This document shows positions 53,676 to 56,242 of a stretch of DNA of 56,242 nucleotides, piece by piece. Below the pieces are notes generated by a model, which was not told where the DNA came from, did not search any database, and worked only from the letters and a program-made list of their open reading frames with translations. Position numbers and translations under genes: made by a program. Each line of letters starts with the position of its first letter. Position 1 is the stretch's first letter. Origin of the DNA: Acidobacteriota bacterium (GTDB taxonomy: Bacteria > Acidobacteriota > Polarisedimenticolia > JAPUKU01); contig JAPUKU010000056.1 of NCBI GenBank assembly GCA_027295505.1, positions 1 to 56,242 on the forward strand, read 5' to 3'.

Positions 53676-55097
53676 TCACATGGGACAGACAACGAGAAGC
53701 TTGCGCTCCGTCATCTCCTCGAGTGCGTACCGGGCGCCCTCGCGACCCAGGCCGGAATCCTTGACCCCGCCGTACGGCATAGGATCGATCCGGAATGTGG
53801 GCGCATCGCCGGCCACCACGCCTCCAACTTCAAGCGCCTCGTAGGCGCGGAACATCAGGCCGACGTCCCTCGTGAACACACCTGCCTGGAGACCATAATC
53901 CGAGTCATTGACCTGCTTCAGCGCCTCATCAAACTCCTCGTAGCGGCTGACGGTGACGAGCGGCGCGAACACTTCCTGGCAGCTCACCTTCATGTCGCGC
54001 GTCACATCGGAAAGCACGGTTGGGGGGTAGACGGCTCCCTGGCGCTCACCACCGAGAAGCATGCGGGCCCCTGCCTTCCTCGCCTCGGCCACCCACTCCT
54101 CCGCGCGCCGGGCCTCCCTCTCGTTGATCATGGGACCCACGTCAGTCTCTTCATCGAGGGGATCTCCGATCTTCAGGGACTCCACCTTCGGCAGGAACGC
54201 TTCCAGGAATCTGTCGTAACAGCTTTCTTGCACCAGGATGCGCTGCACCGAGATGCAGCTCTGCCCTGCATAGGAGAAGCCACCGAGGGCGCAGCGGGCA
54301 GCTGCGTGCTCGAGATCGGCGTCCTTGTGAACGATGACGCCGGCATTTCCACCCAGCTCCAGCACCACCCGCTTCTTGCGCGCCCTTTGCTTCAACTCCC
54401 AGCCAACCGCCGGGCTGCCGGTGAAGGTGAGCAACTTCAGCCGATCGTCCGTGCACAGCGGCTCGGCCACGGCGGGTGACGAGGGTAGAACGTTGAGTGC
54501 GCCGGCCGGAACGCCGGCTTCCTCAAACAGACGGGCCAGCCGCAGGGCGGTGAGGGGGGTCTGGCTGGCCGGCTTGAGCACCACCGTATTGCCGGCCCCG
54601 ATCGCGGGCGCAAGCTTGTGCGCCACGAGGTTGAGGGGAAAATTGAACGGTGAAATGGCCGCGATTGGGCCCAGAGGGAAGCGCCGGACGAGTCCCCAGC
54701 GGCCCCGGGTGGCGGCAATGCGGTCCAGGGGCAGCCATTCCCCATCCAGCCGCTTGACCTCCTCCGCTGCATCGGTGAATGTCAGGACTGCACGATCGAC
54801 CTCGACCCGCGCTGTCTTCAGCGGCTTTCCGGCCTCCTGGGCGATTAACCGCGCCAGATTCTCGCGCTCACGCTGAATGCCCCGGGCAACTCCCTCCAGA
54901 ATGTCGGTGCGCTCGTAGGTTGCCATCTTGCGGGTTTGTTCAAAGGCCCGTTCAGATGCCTGGATGGCCTGCTCCACGTCCTCGCTGCTGGCCCGGTAGG
55001 TTTCGCCGACTGGCTCTCCATTGAACGGGGAGAGTATGGTGAGCCTCTCCCCTCTCGTCTTCCATTCTCCGTTCACCAGAAAACCCAGACTCTCCAT
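53676..55097 (-). CDS. Aldehyde dehydrogenase family protein
   Basis: PFNFP, FTGS, LELGGN, GQSCIS, EVFAP, YGGVKDSG; TAATG overlap with the upstream gene. Confidence 0.92.
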   Translation of the reverse strand: MESLGFLVNGEWKTRGERLTILSPFNGEPVGETYRASSEDVEQAIQASERAFEQTRKMATYERTDILEGVARGIQRERENLARLIAQEAGKPLKTARVEVDRAVLTFTDAAEEVKRLDGEWLPLDRIAATRGRWGLVRRFPLGPIAAISPFNFPLNLVAHKLAPAIGAGNTVVLKPASQTPLTALRLARLFEEAGVPAGALNVLPSSPAVAEPLCTDDRLKLLTFTGSPAVGWELKQRARKKRVVLELGGNAGVIVHKDADLEHAAARCALGGFSYAGQSCISVQRILVQESCYDRFLEAFLPKVESLKIGDPLDEETDVGPMINEREARRAEEWVAEARKAGARMLLGGERQGAVYPPTVLSDVTRDMKVSCQEVFAPLVTVSRYEEFDEALKQVNDSDYGLQAGVFTRDVGLMFRAYEALEVGGVVAGDAPTFRIDPMPYGGVKDSGLGREGARYALEEMTERKLLVVCPM

Positions 55098-55759
55098 TAT
55101 GATCCTCCGTAACCCTCCAGGATCCACAGGGCAATCCCGGTCAGGGCAATCAAAGCTCCGCTCACCGCCTCCCCGAAGCGATCCAGGAAGGCGAACTCTG
55201 GCCGGCGCGCGGAACGCAGGCCAATCCAGGCCATGGCAGCCGTGGTTGCAACCGTAGTGACTGTGAAAGCACCTGCCACCGCGACCTGCCAGATTGCCTT
55301 CCACGAGCTGGTAGCGAACAGGAGCGGGATGATGAGCACGCATGGGTTGAAACCCACGACGAAGCTCAGCCCCACCCCGGTCAAACGATGATCAGGCTCG
55401 GCGTGCGGGTCCTCCAGGCGAGGGTGCATGTGCAGGGAGTGCCCGCCGCGCCAGAGAGCCCAGGCAGCATACCCCAGACCGAAAAGGACCAGGAGAACAG
55501 CTGAGATGTTCTGAAGCATTTCACCCATCTCTTGGGCCGTTTCGCGTCCCACCCATAGCGCAAGGGCACCCAAACTGACGGAGACCACGGAATGCAGCGC
55601 GCCGGCCAGGACCGCCAGAGCCAGAGCATGACGCAGATTCCATCGCTTCGCGCGTGACAGCAGCACCAGCGGAAGCCAGTGATCGGGGATGAGGGCGTGC
55701 ACAAGGGCCGTCACCACGGTGGTTCCCAGCAGCGCTAGAGCGGCGGGCTCCAATTTCAT
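55097..55759 (-). CDS. Ni/Co transporter-like membrane protein (NicO/UreH-type)
   Basis: HALIPDHW motif, GALH, His-containing loop, PC motif, about 6 TMs. Confidence 0.7.
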   Translation of the reverse strand: MKLEPAALALLGTTVVTALVHALIPDHWLPLVLLSRAKRWNLRHALALAVLAGALHSVVSVSLGALALWVGRETAQEMGEMLQNISAVLLVLFGLGYAAWALWRGGHSLHMHPRLEDPHAEPDHRLTGVGLSFVVGFNPCVLIIPLLFATSSWKAIWQVAVAGAFTVTTVATTAAMAWIGLRSARRPEFAFLDRFGEAVSGALIALTGIALWILEGYGGS

Positions 55760-55802
55760 TTTCCTCCTCTACACAAGACGCAGCGTGAGCTCCGTGCCAA
55801 GT

Positions 55803-55831
55803 TTGACACCCCCCCAGGCCCCCTCTAAAAT
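55803..55831 (+). promoter_or_regulatory. sigma70-type promoter
   Basis: TTGACA-N17-TAAAAT, 7 nt before ATG 55839. Confidence 0.65.
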
Positions 55832-55838
55832 GATTTGA

Positions 55839-56242
55839 ATGCACAAGGGAATGCAGCCCATAATCTTAGCACTGGCGGGACTCCTGGCGCTGTCCCCCAC
55901 CCAGGCTGAGGATAGCGAAGTTTCCGATCCCCCTCAGACGGCCCCCGCAACGCAGCCTCCCTCGAACGAGATCGAGCTGCCCCCCTCCAGTCAGAACCGG
56001 AAGCAGGAGCAACGTGTGCGGTCGAAACGGCCGCGCGGCAGGCCTCAGCGTGATGATCGAGCCCTGGAGATCCTGGACGAGATGATCAACGCCTATGGAG
56101 GCAACGAGCACCTGCTAGGGGTGAGCTCACGCTTCATCCGCAGCCGGCGGATCACAGGCCAGGGTATGGAAGCGCGTGAGACCATCATCACCGAGTACTG
56201 GAAGAAACCCAACCTTTACCGCCGTGAGATGGATGGACAGCA
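55839..56242 (+). CDS. Exported protein, LolA-like/lipoprotein-sorting type, truncated by the window end
   Basis: My translation: MHKGMQPIILALAGLLALSPTQA...ALEILDEMINAYGG..L..V...YWKKPNLYRRE; no stop before the edge. Confidence 0.6.
   Translation, partial: MHKGMQPIILALAGLLALSPTQAEDSEVSDPPQTAPATQPPSNEIELPPSSQNRKQEQRVRSKRPRGRPQRDDRALEILDEMINAYGGNEHLLGVSSRFIRSRRITGQGMEARETIITEYWKKPNLYRREMDGQ

Noticed and set aside
55783-55800. Possible sigma54 promoter TTGGCACGGAGCTCAC on the minus strand
   Set aside because: The -24 element is present but the -12 TTGC is missing.

Overview
A 56-kb stretch of GC-rich bacterial chromosome with about 48 protein-coding genes. The gene content is Acidobacteriota- or delta-proteobacterium-like, which is inference only. 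I saw no rRNA, tRNA, CRISPR array or mobile element. Core genes: double-length uvrA, pyk, rho, glnA, an MsbA-like ABC exporter, potDABC with class III aminotransferases, cystathionine beta-synthase and an aldehyde dehydrogenase. Four features stand out. (1) A compact putative RiPP locus (41770-44485, minus): a 76-aa precursor with a signal-peptide-like leader and a (CxP)3 core, a radical SAM/SPASM enzyme fused to a C-terminal PqqD/RRE, and an HprK-related kinase, all coupled by GTGA overlaps. (2) A candidate sigma54-dependent small RNA (about 30054-30128, minus) with an anti-Shine-Dalgarno seed, an upstream palindrome, an IHF-like site and a terminator. (3) A MoxR-type AAA+ gene whose end carries an A10 run that would fuse it to a +1-frame vWA gene. 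(4) A rho gene that apparently starts at AUU behind a perfect SD. Several genes also look leaderless. All product calls come from reading motifs by eye; no database searches were run.
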